DNA from: Candidatus Nomurabacteria bacterium
GTDB taxonomy: Bacteria; Patescibacteriota; Minisyncoccia; Phycocordibacterales; UBA9973
Assembly: GCA_003155695.1 (NCBI GenBank)
Contig: PMDZ01000006.1
Coordinates: 20,007-84,006 of the forward strand
Direction of reading: 5' to 3'
DNA: 64,000 nucleotides
Each line of letters opens with the position of its first letter. Within the stretch, counting starts at the first letter, position 1. Under the pieces are notes generated by a model. The model was not told the DNA's origin. It saw only the letters and a program-made list of their open reading frames with translations, and made no database searches. The position numbers and the translations under genes were made by a program. Below are positions 1-8,470 of the stretch, piece by piece.

Positions 1-1
1 A

Positions 2-244
2 AAAGAAGATGGTACAGTGTACGATGTAATGAATATCTTGCAAAATGACAAGGAAAATAATTTTTCTTTTGTTTCAAAAGAATATTCAGGTCTTGGTATT
101 TTTATTGATGAGATAAACGGAATTAAAGGTGTTGCGGGTAAATATTGGGTTTACTCCGTCAATGGCGAAAAAGCATCAATTTCCGTTTCTAAATATATTC
201 TTAAAAACGGCGACAATGTTTTGTGGGAACAAAAAGAATTTTAA
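2..244 (+). CDS. DUF4430-like domain protein, 5' partial (reading frame is open to the window edge)
   Basis: The ORF 17..244 continues in frame to position 2 with no upstream stop. The C-terminus KYWVYSVNGEKASISVSKYILKNGDNVLWE fits the DUF4430 pattern W.Y.VNG...G......L..GD.I.W. Confidence 0.5.
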   Translation, partial: KEDGTVYDVMNILQNDKENNFSFVSKEYSGLGIFIDEINGIKGVAGKYWVYSVNGEKASISVSKYILKNGDNVLWEQKEF

Positions 245-260
245 ATAAAAATTTTGATAT

Positions 261-296
261 CCCCGTAGTAGATTTTGAAAAAAATTCACTACGGGG
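261..296 (+). terminator. Hairpin CCCCGTAGT(18-nt loop)ACTACGGGG immediately after the stop of the first ORF; there is no clean T-tract
   Basis: A 9-bp perfect stem read directly from the sequence. A similar CCCCGTAGT-containing imperfect hairpin lies at 3054..3085 after the next Cys-rich gene. Confidence 0.3.
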
Positions 297-308
297 TATA
301 CTGGTTCA

Positions 309-689
309 ATGCAAACAAAAACGAAATTCATTATATTTATAGTCCTAATAATTGTAATAATCGGAGGTTTTGGCGTCTATACTGCTTTAAAACCGCAACC
401 GCCAAGCAAATTGGATGGTTTTGCCCAGTGTCTGAAGGCTAGTGGTGCAGAGTTTTATGGAGCATTTTGGTGCCCTCACTGTCAGGAACAGAAAGCAGAA
501 TTTGGAACATCTACTCAATATCTACCGTATATAGAGTGCTCTAATGCCGATAATTCTCAGAAACAAATTTGTATTGATAAAAAAATAGAAAGTTACCCAA
601 CTTGGATTTTCAAAGATGGCTCAATTCAAACCGGGAAATTATCGCTAGAGACTCTAGCCGGGAAGACGGGGTGTACCTTACCTCAATAA
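309..689 (+). CDS. Membrane-anchored thioredoxin-fold protein with a WCPHC active site (DsbA-like / VKOR-associated Trx-like domain)
   Basis: An N-terminal TM helix is followed by a CxxC motif (FWCPHCQEQK) in a Trx-like context. The gene directly precedes a DsbB-like gene. Confidence 0.65.
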   Translation: MQTKTKFIIFIVLIIVIIGGFGVYTALKPQPPSKLDGFAQCLKASGAEFYGAFWCPHCQEQKAEFGTSTQYLPYIECSNADNSQKQICIDKKIESYPTWIFKDGSIQTGKLSLETLAGKTGCTLPQ

Positions 690-693
690 TAAT

Positions 694-1251
694 ATGCCCG
701 CTTATTTAGAAACAGTAAATAAAATCCTTTCACTTGGAACAATTTTCCTCCAGGTGCTTATCCTTGTTTTAATTGTTAATCTGGTTTTTATTCGTCATCG
801 TAATAATAAAGTTTTACTTTTCTTTAAGAAATATACATTTTATTTTGGATTTATTGTTGCACTTCTGGCAGTTCTTCTTTCTTTATTTTATTCGGCAGTT
901 GTTGGGTTCCCGGCTTGTGAGCTTTGTTGGGTAGAAAGAATTTTCTTATACCCTCAGTTAATTCTTTTTAGTATGGAATTATACAAACGCGACCGTTCAA
1001 TTGTCGATTTTAGTATTGTCTTTGCAATTCTAGGAACACTTACTTCCATATATCATGTCTATGTGGAAAATGGGGGCGCAAGCAATCTTGCTTGTACAGT
1101 AACCAATCCATTAAATCCCGGCGTTGTCTCTTGCGCCGTTAGATATGTTTACGAATTTGGCTACATCACGATACCGATTATGGCTCTTACAATATCATTA
1201 TTTATAATTTCACTACTTCTGAATTATAAGTATATGTCTCATATGGAATAA
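694..1251 (+). CDS. dsbB: DsbB/BdbC-family disulfide bond formation membrane protein
   Basis: A multi-TM protein. The loop motif PACELCWVERIFL resembles E. coli DsbB PCVLCIYER, and a second Cys pair (C..13..C) sits in a later loop. It is 4 nt downstream of the Trx-like gene. Confidence 0.6.
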   Translation: MPAYLETVNKILSLGTIFLQVLILVLIVNLVFIRHRNNKVLLFFKKYTFYFGFIVALLAVLLSLFYSAVVGFPACELCWVERIFLYPQLILFSMELYKRDRSIVDFSIVFAILGTLTSIYHVYVENGGASNLACTVTNPLNPGVVSCAVRYVYEFGYITIPIMALTISLFIISLLLNYKYMSHME

Positions 1252-1297
1252 AATTTAGCCTCTTCACCACACTTATTTTTAATGTTATAATTATGGT

Positions 1298-3043
1298 GTG
1301 AAAAGCGAAACCAAAACCTGCCAGAATTGCAAAAAAGACTTCATCATTGAGCCGGATGACTTTTCGTTCTACGAAAAAATCAAAGTTCCGCCGCCGACTT
1401 TCTGCCCCGAATGCAGAATGATTCGCAGAATGTCTTTTCGTAACGAAAGAACTATTTATAAAAGAAAATGCAACCTTTGCAATAAAGATATTGTCAGTAT
1501 TTATCGCCCTGATAGCCCTTTTATTGTTTATTGTTATGAGTGTTTTTATGGTGATAACTGGGATTATTCCAAATATGGTGTGGATTATGATTTTGATAAA
1601 TCATTTTTGAAACAATTCAGTGATTTAATTTTGAGTACACCGAAATTGGCAAATCAAGCAAGTAATAATCTTGTTAATAGTGAATATACGAATCACGTAG
1701 AATCGTTGAAAAATTGTTATCTTTTATTCGCTTCTAGAAATAATGAAGAGTGTATGTATTGTACACATGTTAATTATTCGAAAAATTTGATGGATTGCTA
1801 TAGAGTTTCAAAAAGTGAACTTTGTTACCAATGCGTTGATTGTGACAACGGTTATAATTTAAAATATTCTATTCAGTCGCAGTCTTGTGTTGACAGCTGG
1901 TTTTTGTTTAATTGTCGAGGCTGTACGGACTGCTTTTTAAGTTCGAATTTGATAAATAAGTCGTATTGTATTAATAATGAACAATGTACGAAAGAACAAT
2001 ACCAAGATTTTATGAAAGAATTGCTGACTGGAAATCATCAAACCGTTATTGATTTTCTTGATAAATTTAATATATTAAAAATGAATACAATCAGAAAATC
2101 TTCCGAAGGTGTTAATAATATCTTTTCTTCGGGTAATTATCTGAAAAATACGAAGAACTGCAAAAATTGTTTCGATATTTCCGATTCTGAGGACTGCAAA
2201 TTCTTAGGATATTGCAACAATGCTAAAGATGTAATGGATGGTTATGCCATTTATCCAACAACCGAATTTTCTTATGAAGTAGTCGGGGCAGGTGTAAATG
2301 CTTTCGGTAATCTGTTTTCATATTTACCCTGGGAAGGAGCTCTCAATCTGGTTTATTGTATAAATGCTTTTCCAGACTGTAAAAATTGTTTTGGATGTAC
2401 TCAAATAAGACATAAACAATATTGTATTTTGAACAAACAATATACAAAAAAAGAATATGAAGAACTTGTTCCGAAGATCATTAAACACATGAATGATATG
2501 CCATATGTAGACAGTAGGGGAATAGTATATAAATACGGAGAATTTTTTCCAAGCGAATTAAGCCCATTTTATTACAACGAAACTATTGCCCAAGAGTATT
2601 TCTCGTTAAAAAAAGAACAAGCTATATCACAAGGACATAAGTGGAAAGAGAAAGAAGACAGAAACTATAGTATTGATATACAAAATAAAGATATTCCTTA
2701 TGATATAAAAGATGTAAAAGATAATATATTAGGCAAAGTCATTGAGTGTGCTCACAAGGGAGAATGTAATCAACAATGCACTGAAGCTTTCAGAATTATC
2801 CCTGAAGAATTACAATTTTACAAAAGAATGAATTTACTCTTACCACGTCTTTGCTCAAACTGTCGGCACTATGAAAGATTATTGGAAATGAATCCAATGA
2901 AACTTTGGAAGAGGGAATGTATGTGCAACAAAACCAGTCATAGTCATAAAGGTAAATGCACAGTTGAGTTTGAAACAAGTTATGCTCCCGAGCGACCGGA
3001 AATTGTTTATTGTGAACGATGTTATCAGCAGGAAGTTTATTGA
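1298..3043 (+). CDS. Cysteine-rich protein, paralog 1 of 3 (581 aa); N- and C-terminal zinc-ribbon-like modules with an internally duplicated Cys/Asn/Tyr-rich core; family unknown
   Basis: N-terminus CQNCKKDFIIEPDDFSFYEKIKVPPPTFCPECRMIRRMSFRNER..YKRKCNLC. C-terminus ...FYKRMNLLLPRLCSNCRHYERL...ERPEIVYCERCYQQEVY. About 40 Cys and no signal peptide. Paralogs lie at 3626..5332 and 14905..16665. Confidence 0.8.
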   Translation: MKSETKTCQNCKKDFIIEPDDFSFYEKIKVPPPTFCPECRMIRRMSFRNERTIYKRKCNLCNKDIVSIYRPDSPFIVYCYECFYGDNWDYSKYGVDYDFDKSFLKQFSDLILSTPKLANQASNNLVNSEYTNHVESLKNCYLLFASRNNEECMYCTHVNYSKNLMDCYRVSKSELCYQCVDCDNGYNLKYSIQSQSCVDSWFLFNCRGCTDCFLSSNLINKSYCINNEQCTKEQYQDFMKELLTGNHQTVIDFLDKFNILKMNTIRKSSEGVNNIFSSGNYLKNTKNCKNCFDISDSEDCKFLGYCNNAKDVMDGYAIYPTTEFSYEVVGAGVNAFGNLFSYLPWEGALNLVYCINAFPDCKNCFGCTQIRHKQYCILNKQYTKKEYEELVPKIIKHMNDMPYVDSRGIVYKYGEFFPSELSPFYYNETIAQEYFSLKKEQAISQGHKWKEKEDRNYSIDIQNKDIPYDIKDVKDNILGKVIECAHKGECNQQCTEAFRIIPEELQFYKRMNLLLPRLCSNCRHYERLLEMNPMKLWKRECMCNKTSHSHKGKCTVEFETSYAPERPEIVYCERCYQQEVY

Positions 3044-3156
3044 AAAATGCTTGCCCCCGTAGTGAGCTTTGCCCTACTGCCGGGGTTATCATAATGAGGT
3101 ATTGTAACTATCAAGCCGAGATAGTTTAAGATTATTAACTAATAAAATTTAATTGT

Positions 3157-3582
3157 ATGCTTTTTGAATCAGTCGACAAAGAATCAAAAAATATTGTTTT
3201 CGTTTATACGACATGTTCTGGTATTGAAGAGGCAAGGTCAATAGGGCTCTCTGCCGTCGAAGAGAAGCTGGCTATTTCTGTGGATTATTGGCCAGTTAAT
3301 TCTATATATCCATGGCAAAATGTTATTAAGGAGATAGACCAATGTATGCTCATTTTTTCGACCCAAAAAATATTGAGTGATAAATTAATGAAACATATAG
3401 AGGCAGAACATTCATATGAAGTCCCAATGGTCATACGCTCAGATATGAAGATAACCAACCAGCCTTATTCTTTCTGGGTAGATAATACATTATCAAACAA
3501 AGATAAATATCTTACCGAAGAAGAATATGAACACAAAAAGAAAGAAGAAGAGGGAGGATATCAATATGATAAACTGAAGTAA
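3157..3582 (+). CDS. cutA: CutA1 divalent-cation tolerance protein with an acidic/basic C-terminal tail
   Basis: VYTTCSGIEEARSIGLSAVEEKLAISVDYWPVNSIYPWQ...HSYEVPMVI matches the conserved CutA core (VYTTxP..EEA..IA..L.E.LAAC.N..P..SIY.W.G.I..HPYEVPE). Confidence 0.8.
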   Translation: MLFESVDKESKNIVFVYTTCSGIEEARSIGLSAVEEKLAISVDYWPVNSIYPWQNVIKEIDQCMLIFSTQKILSDKLMKHIEAEHSYEVPMVIRSDMKITNQPYSFWVDNTLSNKDKYLTEEEYEHKKKEEEGGYQYDKLK

Positions 3583-3616
3583 TTACGAATTACGAATTAA
3601 TAATTACGAATTCAGG
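3581..3616. repeat. AT-rich microsatellite, TTACGAA(T) x3, directly after the cutA stop
   Basis: The sequence aattacgaattacgaattaataattacgaattcagg read directly. Confidence 0.5.
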
Positions 3617-3625
3617 ATTAAAATT

Positions 3626-5332
3626 TTGGAAAACAAACCAGAAAAAAGAATATGCCAGAATTGCAAGAAAGACTTCACTATCGAGCCGGAGGATTTTAAT
3701 TTTTACGAAAAAATCAAAGTTCCACCACCGACTTTTTGCTGGGAGTGTCGTCATCAGCGAAGACTAAGTTTCAGAAACGAAAGGATGTTTTATAAAAGGA
3801 ATTGCGGTTTGTGTGGAGAAAGTGTCGTGTCTCGTATTTCTCCAGATAAAAAATACCCAATGTATTGCCAAAAATGTTGGTGGAGCGACAAGTGGAACCC
3901 ATCAGATTACGGTCAAGAATATGACTTTTCAAAAACCTTTTTCGAACAATGGAAGGATTTATTTTTTAAGGTTCCTAGTATTCCGATGATTAATTCAAAC
4001 TCGGTTAACAGCGACTGGGTTAATCAAGAAACAGATGATAAAAATTGTTATTTGAATGTTGGAGGTCATTATAACGAGGATTCAGCTTACAATACATATG
4101 AAATATACGGAAAAAATTGTTTCGATGGTTACTGGATTTTAAATTGCGACCATTGTTCCAATTGCATACATTGCGAGAGAAGTTATTTTTCAAATTTTTC
4201 CGAGGAATGTCACGAGTGTTTATATACAAATTTTTCTTACGATTGCCGCAATTGTGACCATATGATCGGTTGTGCAGGACTCCGAAATAAAAAATATTAT
4301 ATATTTAATAAACAATACGAGAAAAAAGAATATGAAAAATTTTTAGAGGAACATCCATTTTCTTCCAATACTGGAGTTCTTTGGTGGATAAATGAAAGTC
4401 AAAAGATTTGGCTAAAATCTCCTCATCGAGAAAATATGATATTTAAAGCTACCAATTCTACCGGTAATGATTTATCTGAAGTAAAAAATTCCCATAATTG
4501 TTTTCAAGGAACAAATCTGGAAAACTGTAAAAATTCATTTATTTGCGGTTGGATGAAAGATACTCATGACAATAGTTCTCATGGAGCAGCCGAATTAGCA
4601 TATGAATGTGCACATGGTGGTGGATGTTACAATTCGAAATTTTTATTATATTGTATGGCAGGTGATCCTCTGAAAAAAATCAATCTTCACAATATTGAAT
4701 ATTCTGCGGCAGTTCTAAGCTCCAGCAATTGTTTTGGTTGTGTTGGCGTTCATGGGGGAGAATATATGATACTTAACCGCAAATATTCCAAAGATGAATA
4801 TAGTGAGTTATTGCCTAAAATTAAACAACACATGAATGATATGCCCTATGTCGATAAAAAGGGGAGAATCTATAAATATGGCGAATTTTTTCCAAGTGAA
4901 TTTTCTCCATTCGGTTATAATGAAACAACAGCAGAAGAATATATAAAATTAGAAAAAGAAGAAGTGCTCAAACAAGGTTATAACTGGAGTGATTATACTT
5001 CGGATGTGAAATATGAATTTTCGGATTATGTGATTCCCGATGATATTAAAGATGTTGGTGATGATATATTAGATAAAATTCTTAAATGCGAAGAAACTGG
5101 CAAAGCTTATAAAATAATCGAGATGGAGCTATCTTTCTATCGTCAGCTTGGGTTACCAATACCGCGTAAATCTCCACTTGCCCGCCACAAAGAAAGAATT
5201 TCCAAATTATTACCTTTAAAAATATTTAAAAGGAAATGTGATTTTTGTAAAAGAGAAATAAATACCTCATATCCTCCGGAACGTCCTGAAATTATATATT
5301 GCAAAAAATGTTATCAAAACGAAGTATACTAA
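3626..5332 (+). CDS. Cysteine-rich protein, paralog 2 of 3 (568 aa)
   Basis: Same architecture as 1298..3043. N-terminus CQNCKKDFTIEPEDFNFYEKIKVPPPTFCWECRHQRRLSFRNERMFYKRNCGLC. C-terminus ELSFYRQLGLPIPRKSP...ERPEIIYCKKCYQNEVY. Shares the block HMNDMPYVDKKGRIYKYGEFFPSEFSPFGYNETT with the other paralogs. Confidence 0.8.
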   Translation: MENKPEKRICQNCKKDFTIEPEDFNFYEKIKVPPPTFCWECRHQRRLSFRNERMFYKRNCGLCGESVVSRISPDKKYPMYCQKCWWSDKWNPSDYGQEYDFSKTFFEQWKDLFFKVPSIPMINSNSVNSDWVNQETDDKNCYLNVGGHYNEDSAYNTYEIYGKNCFDGYWILNCDHCSNCIHCERSYFSNFSEECHECLYTNFSYDCRNCDHMIGCAGLRNKKYYIFNKQYEKKEYEKFLEEHPFSSNTGVLWWINESQKIWLKSPHRENMIFKATNSTGNDLSEVKNSHNCFQGTNLENCKNSFICGWMKDTHDNSSHGAAELAYECAHGGGCYNSKFLLYCMAGDPLKKINLHNIEYSAAVLSSSNCFGCVGVHGGEYMILNRKYSKDEYSELLPKIKQHMNDMPYVDKKGRIYKYGEFFPSEFSPFGYNETTAEEYIKLEKEEVLKQGYNWSDYTSDVKYEFSDYVIPDDIKDVGDDILDKILKCEETGKAYKIIEMELSFYRQLGLPIPRKSPLARHKERISKLLPLKIFKRKCDFCKREINTSYPPERPEIIYCKKCYQNEVY

Positions 5333-5366
5333 ATAATTACTAATTATATATGGTATAATAAAAGAT

Positions 5367-7124
5367 ATGCATGTTGATGAAAAAGTAATTATAGACCTTC
5401 TCAATGATTCCGGATTAGTCACCAAAACAGATATTTCTGTCGCTCTTAAAAAATCTAAGGAAACCAACCAGCCACTCGGTTCGGTTTTGGTCAGTAACGG
5501 TAAATTGACCGAGAAAGACTGGAATAAAATTCAAGCGGTAGCTCTTGGCATTCCGTTCGTCAGTTTGGAAGGAGAGAAGATTGACCCGAACGTTTTAACT
5601 TTGATTCCCGAGCCGATTGCTCGAAATAATAATATTATTGCTTACAAAAAAACCAGTATTGGTTTGGAAGTGGCTATGCTTGATGTCGAGAACCTTCCGG
5701 TTATAGATTTTATTAAAAAGAAAGTTGGCACGCGCATTCTTCCCAGAATAACGAGCTCGGCTTCCATAAAAGAAGCCCTTAATCAATACAAGAAAAGTCT
5801 GCAAGCGGATTTTGAGGATATTATTAAAAAAGAAAGTAGCTCCATTAAGCCAGTAAAAGAAAGTGGCCCAGGTTCCGAAGAAAAATCTGAAAAAGAATTG
5901 AAAGAATTGGCCGAGGATTTGCCGATTGTTAAAATTGTAGACACTCTTATCTCGCACGCTATTACTCAAGGAGCTTCGGATATTCATATTGAACCGGAGG
6001 AAGAATCACTCATTGTTCGCTATCGTATTGACGGTATTTTGCATGATGCCATGGTACTACCCAAAGATACATCGTCAGGAATTGTCGCCCGTATTAAAGT
6101 CCTATCCAATCTAAAACTTGATGAGAAACGTCTTCCGCAAGATGGGCGTTTCAAAATCACAAACGACCAAGGCAATGTTTCTTTCCGTGTCTCGACTCTT
6201 CCGACATATTACGGCGAGAAAACTGTTATCAGAATTCTGCGGGAAAACGCCAAAGGTTTTTCTCTGGAAGGGCTTGGTTTCCACGGTGAAGCCCTGGAGA
6301 GAATCCATGACGGGATGAAAAAACGTACGGGCATGCTCCTTTGCGCCGGGCCGACCGGTTCCGGAAAGACGACAACCCTTTATACGATGCTCGATATTTT
6401 GAATACTCCTGATGTGAATATTTCAACCGTTGAAGACCCTATTGAATATCAAATGGCCAGAATTAATCAAACTCAGACGAAAGCGGAAATTGGGCTGACT
6501 TTCGCCAATGGTTTGCGTACACTACTACGTCAGGACCCTGATATAATCATGGTCGGAGAAATTCGTGACGGAGAAACAGCTTCGCTTGCCATAAATGCTT
6601 CACTCACCGGACATCTGGTTCTCTCGACTATTCACACTAACTCCGCGGCTGGAGCCATCCCTCGTATGATTGATATGGGGGTTGAACCATTCTTGATTGT
6701 TTCAACAGTTAAGACGGTTATTGCCCAGAGATTGGTCCGATTACTTGCAGAGGGGAAAGAAAAATATTTTTTAAGTGATATAGAAATGAAAGCCTTGGAA
6801 AAAGTGGTAGACCTCGACCGCGTTCTTGGATTTTTAAAATTGGAAAAAATTGTTGATGAGAATGCAACTTGGGACAAAATTCCATTTTATAAACCAAAAG
6901 GAAGCGAGGAATCAAAAGATGGCTTTAAGGGGCGTATCGGAATTCATGAAGTTCTTAAAGTGACAACGACTATTAAAGAAATGATTTTAAAGGGCTCGTC
7001 TGTAGATGAAACAGAAAAGATGGCAAAAAGTGAAGGAATGATGACAATGCTTGAAGATGGCATATTCTTGGCGGCCCAAGGTTTGACTTCGACGGAAGAA
7101 GTTCTTCGTGTTGTTTCGGAATAA
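5367..7124 (+). CDS. pilB: Type IV pilus assembly ATPase PilB (GspE family)
   Basis: An N-terminal T2SSE_N-like domain, the Walker A motif GPTGSGKTTTL, and the His/Asp boxes typical of GspE/PilB. The gene is followed by pilC. Confidence 0.9.
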   Translation: MHVDEKVIIDLLNDSGLVTKTDISVALKKSKETNQPLGSVLVSNGKLTEKDWNKIQAVALGIPFVSLEGEKIDPNVLTLIPEPIARNNNIIAYKKTSIGLEVAMLDVENLPVIDFIKKKVGTRILPRITSSASIKEALNQYKKSLQADFEDIIKKESSSIKPVKESGPGSEEKSEKELKELAEDLPIVKIVDTLISHAITQGASDIHIEPEEESLIVRYRIDGILHDAMVLPKDTSSGIVARIKVLSNLKLDEKRLPQDGRFKITNDQGNVSFRVSTLPTYYGEKTVIRILRENAKGFSLEGLGFHGEALERIHDGMKKRTGMLLCAGPTGSGKTTTLYTMLDILNTPDVNISTVEDPIEYQMARINQTQTKAEIGLTFANGLRTLLRQDPDIIMVGEIRDGETASLAINASLTGHLVLSTIHTNSAAGAIPRMIDMGVEPFLIVSTVKTVIAQRLVRLLAEGKEKYFLSDIEMKALEKVVDLDRVLGFLKLEKIVDENATWDKIPFYKPKGSEESKDGFKGRIGIHEVLKVTTTIKEMILKGSSVDETEKMAKSEGMMTMLEDGIFLAAQGLTSTEEVLRVVSE

Positions 7125-7131
7125 TGGATGA

Positions 7132-7253
7132 ATCCCGTACGAGATCCACATGTTATCTTTTACAGAATAGTTAAAAATAATTATAAGGTTTATATTATAA
7201 ACAATAAATTAGTAAGAAACGTCCCATCTTTGAGGGACTATCTCGTACGGGAT
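7132..7253. promoter_or_regulatory. 14-bp perfect inverted repeat (ATCCCGTACGAGAT / ATCTCGTACGGGAT) bracketing the pilB-pilC intergenic spacer; the right arm overlaps the pilC ATG
   Basis: Arms at 7132..7145 and 7240..7253 read from the sequence. An inner hairpin GTCCCATCTTTGAGGGAC lies at 7221..7238. Confidence 0.4.
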
Positions 7254-8466
7254 GAAATTTAAATATAAAATACAAAATAAAAATAATGAAATAATGGAAG
7301 GAATTATTGAATCTCCCGATAAGTTTACTTTGGCCAGGGAATTGCGGGAAAAAGGAAATACTCCGATTTCGATAGAAGAGGTCAAAGAAAAAGAAGGAAT
7401 TTTATCGGTGAAGTTAAGTTTTTTTTCGAGAGTTTCTCTCTCGGAAAAAATCATGTTTACCAATAATTTAAGCGGAATGTTAACGGCTGGACTTTCTTTG
7501 AGTCGAGCATTATCAATATTGGAAAAACAATCGACCAATCATGCTCTCTGCGATATACTGCGTGGACTGGAAGAAGATATAAGCAAAGGTAACTCTCTTT
7601 CGGAGGGAATGAAAAAATTTCCCAAAATTTTTTCCGGAATTTTCGTTCCAATGGTTCATGCAGGAGAAGAATCCGGTAATTTGCCAAGCACACTGACCGA
7701 AGTTGGTATAAGTCTTAAGAAATCCTACGATTTGAATAAAAAAATAAAAGGAGCGATGACATACCCAGGAATTATTCTTTGTGCCATGATAGTAATCGGT
7801 ATATTTATGATGATTTATGTTGTTCCAACTTTGACCAAGACATTTAAAGATTTAGGAACTGAATTACCGACATCGACAAAAATAATTATTTGGATTTCCG
7901 ATACTATTAGTCAGCACATAATCCTATTCTTCGCGATAATAGTCTTTGTTATCATAGGTATTGTTTTACTTTCCAAACTTAAACTGGTCCAAAGATATTT
8001 TGACCGTATCATTTTATATATTCCGGTTATCGGGAATATAGTTAAAGAAGTTAATACTGCTCGCACAGCAAGGACAATGTCGTCGCTTTTATTATCGGGT
8101 GTCAGCATTTCAAATTCTTTATCGATAACGGAAGAAGTTCTTCAGAACGTTCATTACAAGGAACTGATTCATAAATCAATCGGGTCCATAGAAAAAGGAA
8201 TGGTTTTATCCGCTTCATTTAAAGAAAATATTTTTCTGTATCCAATCATGATGGGTGAGATGGTTGAAGTTGGAGAAGAAACCGGTAATCTGTCAAAAAT
8301 GCTTTTGGATATTGCCAATTTTTATGAAAATGAAGTAGATAATAAAACCAAAGACTTATCGACGATTATTGAACCGGTATTGATGCTTATAATCGGTGCA
8401 GTTGTCGGAATTTTTGCTGTCTCAATGATAAAACCGATGTATTCGGTTATGAATAATATTAGCTAG
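7252..8466 (+). CDS. pilC: Type IV pilus inner-membrane platform protein PilC (GspF family)
   Basis: Two T2SSF-like repeats with three TM segments, in the usual position after pilB. Confidence 0.85.
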   Translation: MKFKYKIQNKNNEIMEGIIESPDKFTLARELREKGNTPISIEEVKEKEGILSVKLSFFSRVSLSEKIMFTNNLSGMLTAGLSLSRALSILEKQSTNHALCDILRGLEEDISKGNSLSEGMKKFPKIFSGIFVPMVHAGEESGNLPSTLTEVGISLKKSYDLNKKIKGAMTYPGIILCAMIVIGIFMMIYVVPTLTKTFKDLGTELPTSTKIIIWISDTISQHIILFFAIIVFVIIGIVLLSKLKLVQRYFDRIILYIPVIGNIVKEVNTARTARTMSSLLLSGVSISNSLSITEEVLQNVHYKELIHKSIGSIEKGMVLSASFKENIFLYPIMMGEMVEVGEETGNLSKMLLDIANFYENEVDNKTKDLSTIIEPVLMLIIGAVVGIFAVSMIKPMYSVMNNIS

Positions 8467-8470
8467 TTAG

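Noticed and set aside
2796-3092. Minus-strand ORF 2796..3092 (98 aa) and similar antisense ORFs inside pilB, fusA, the permeases, recA and ftsK
   Set aside because: They are fully embedded antisense to strongly supported genes and have no motif content.
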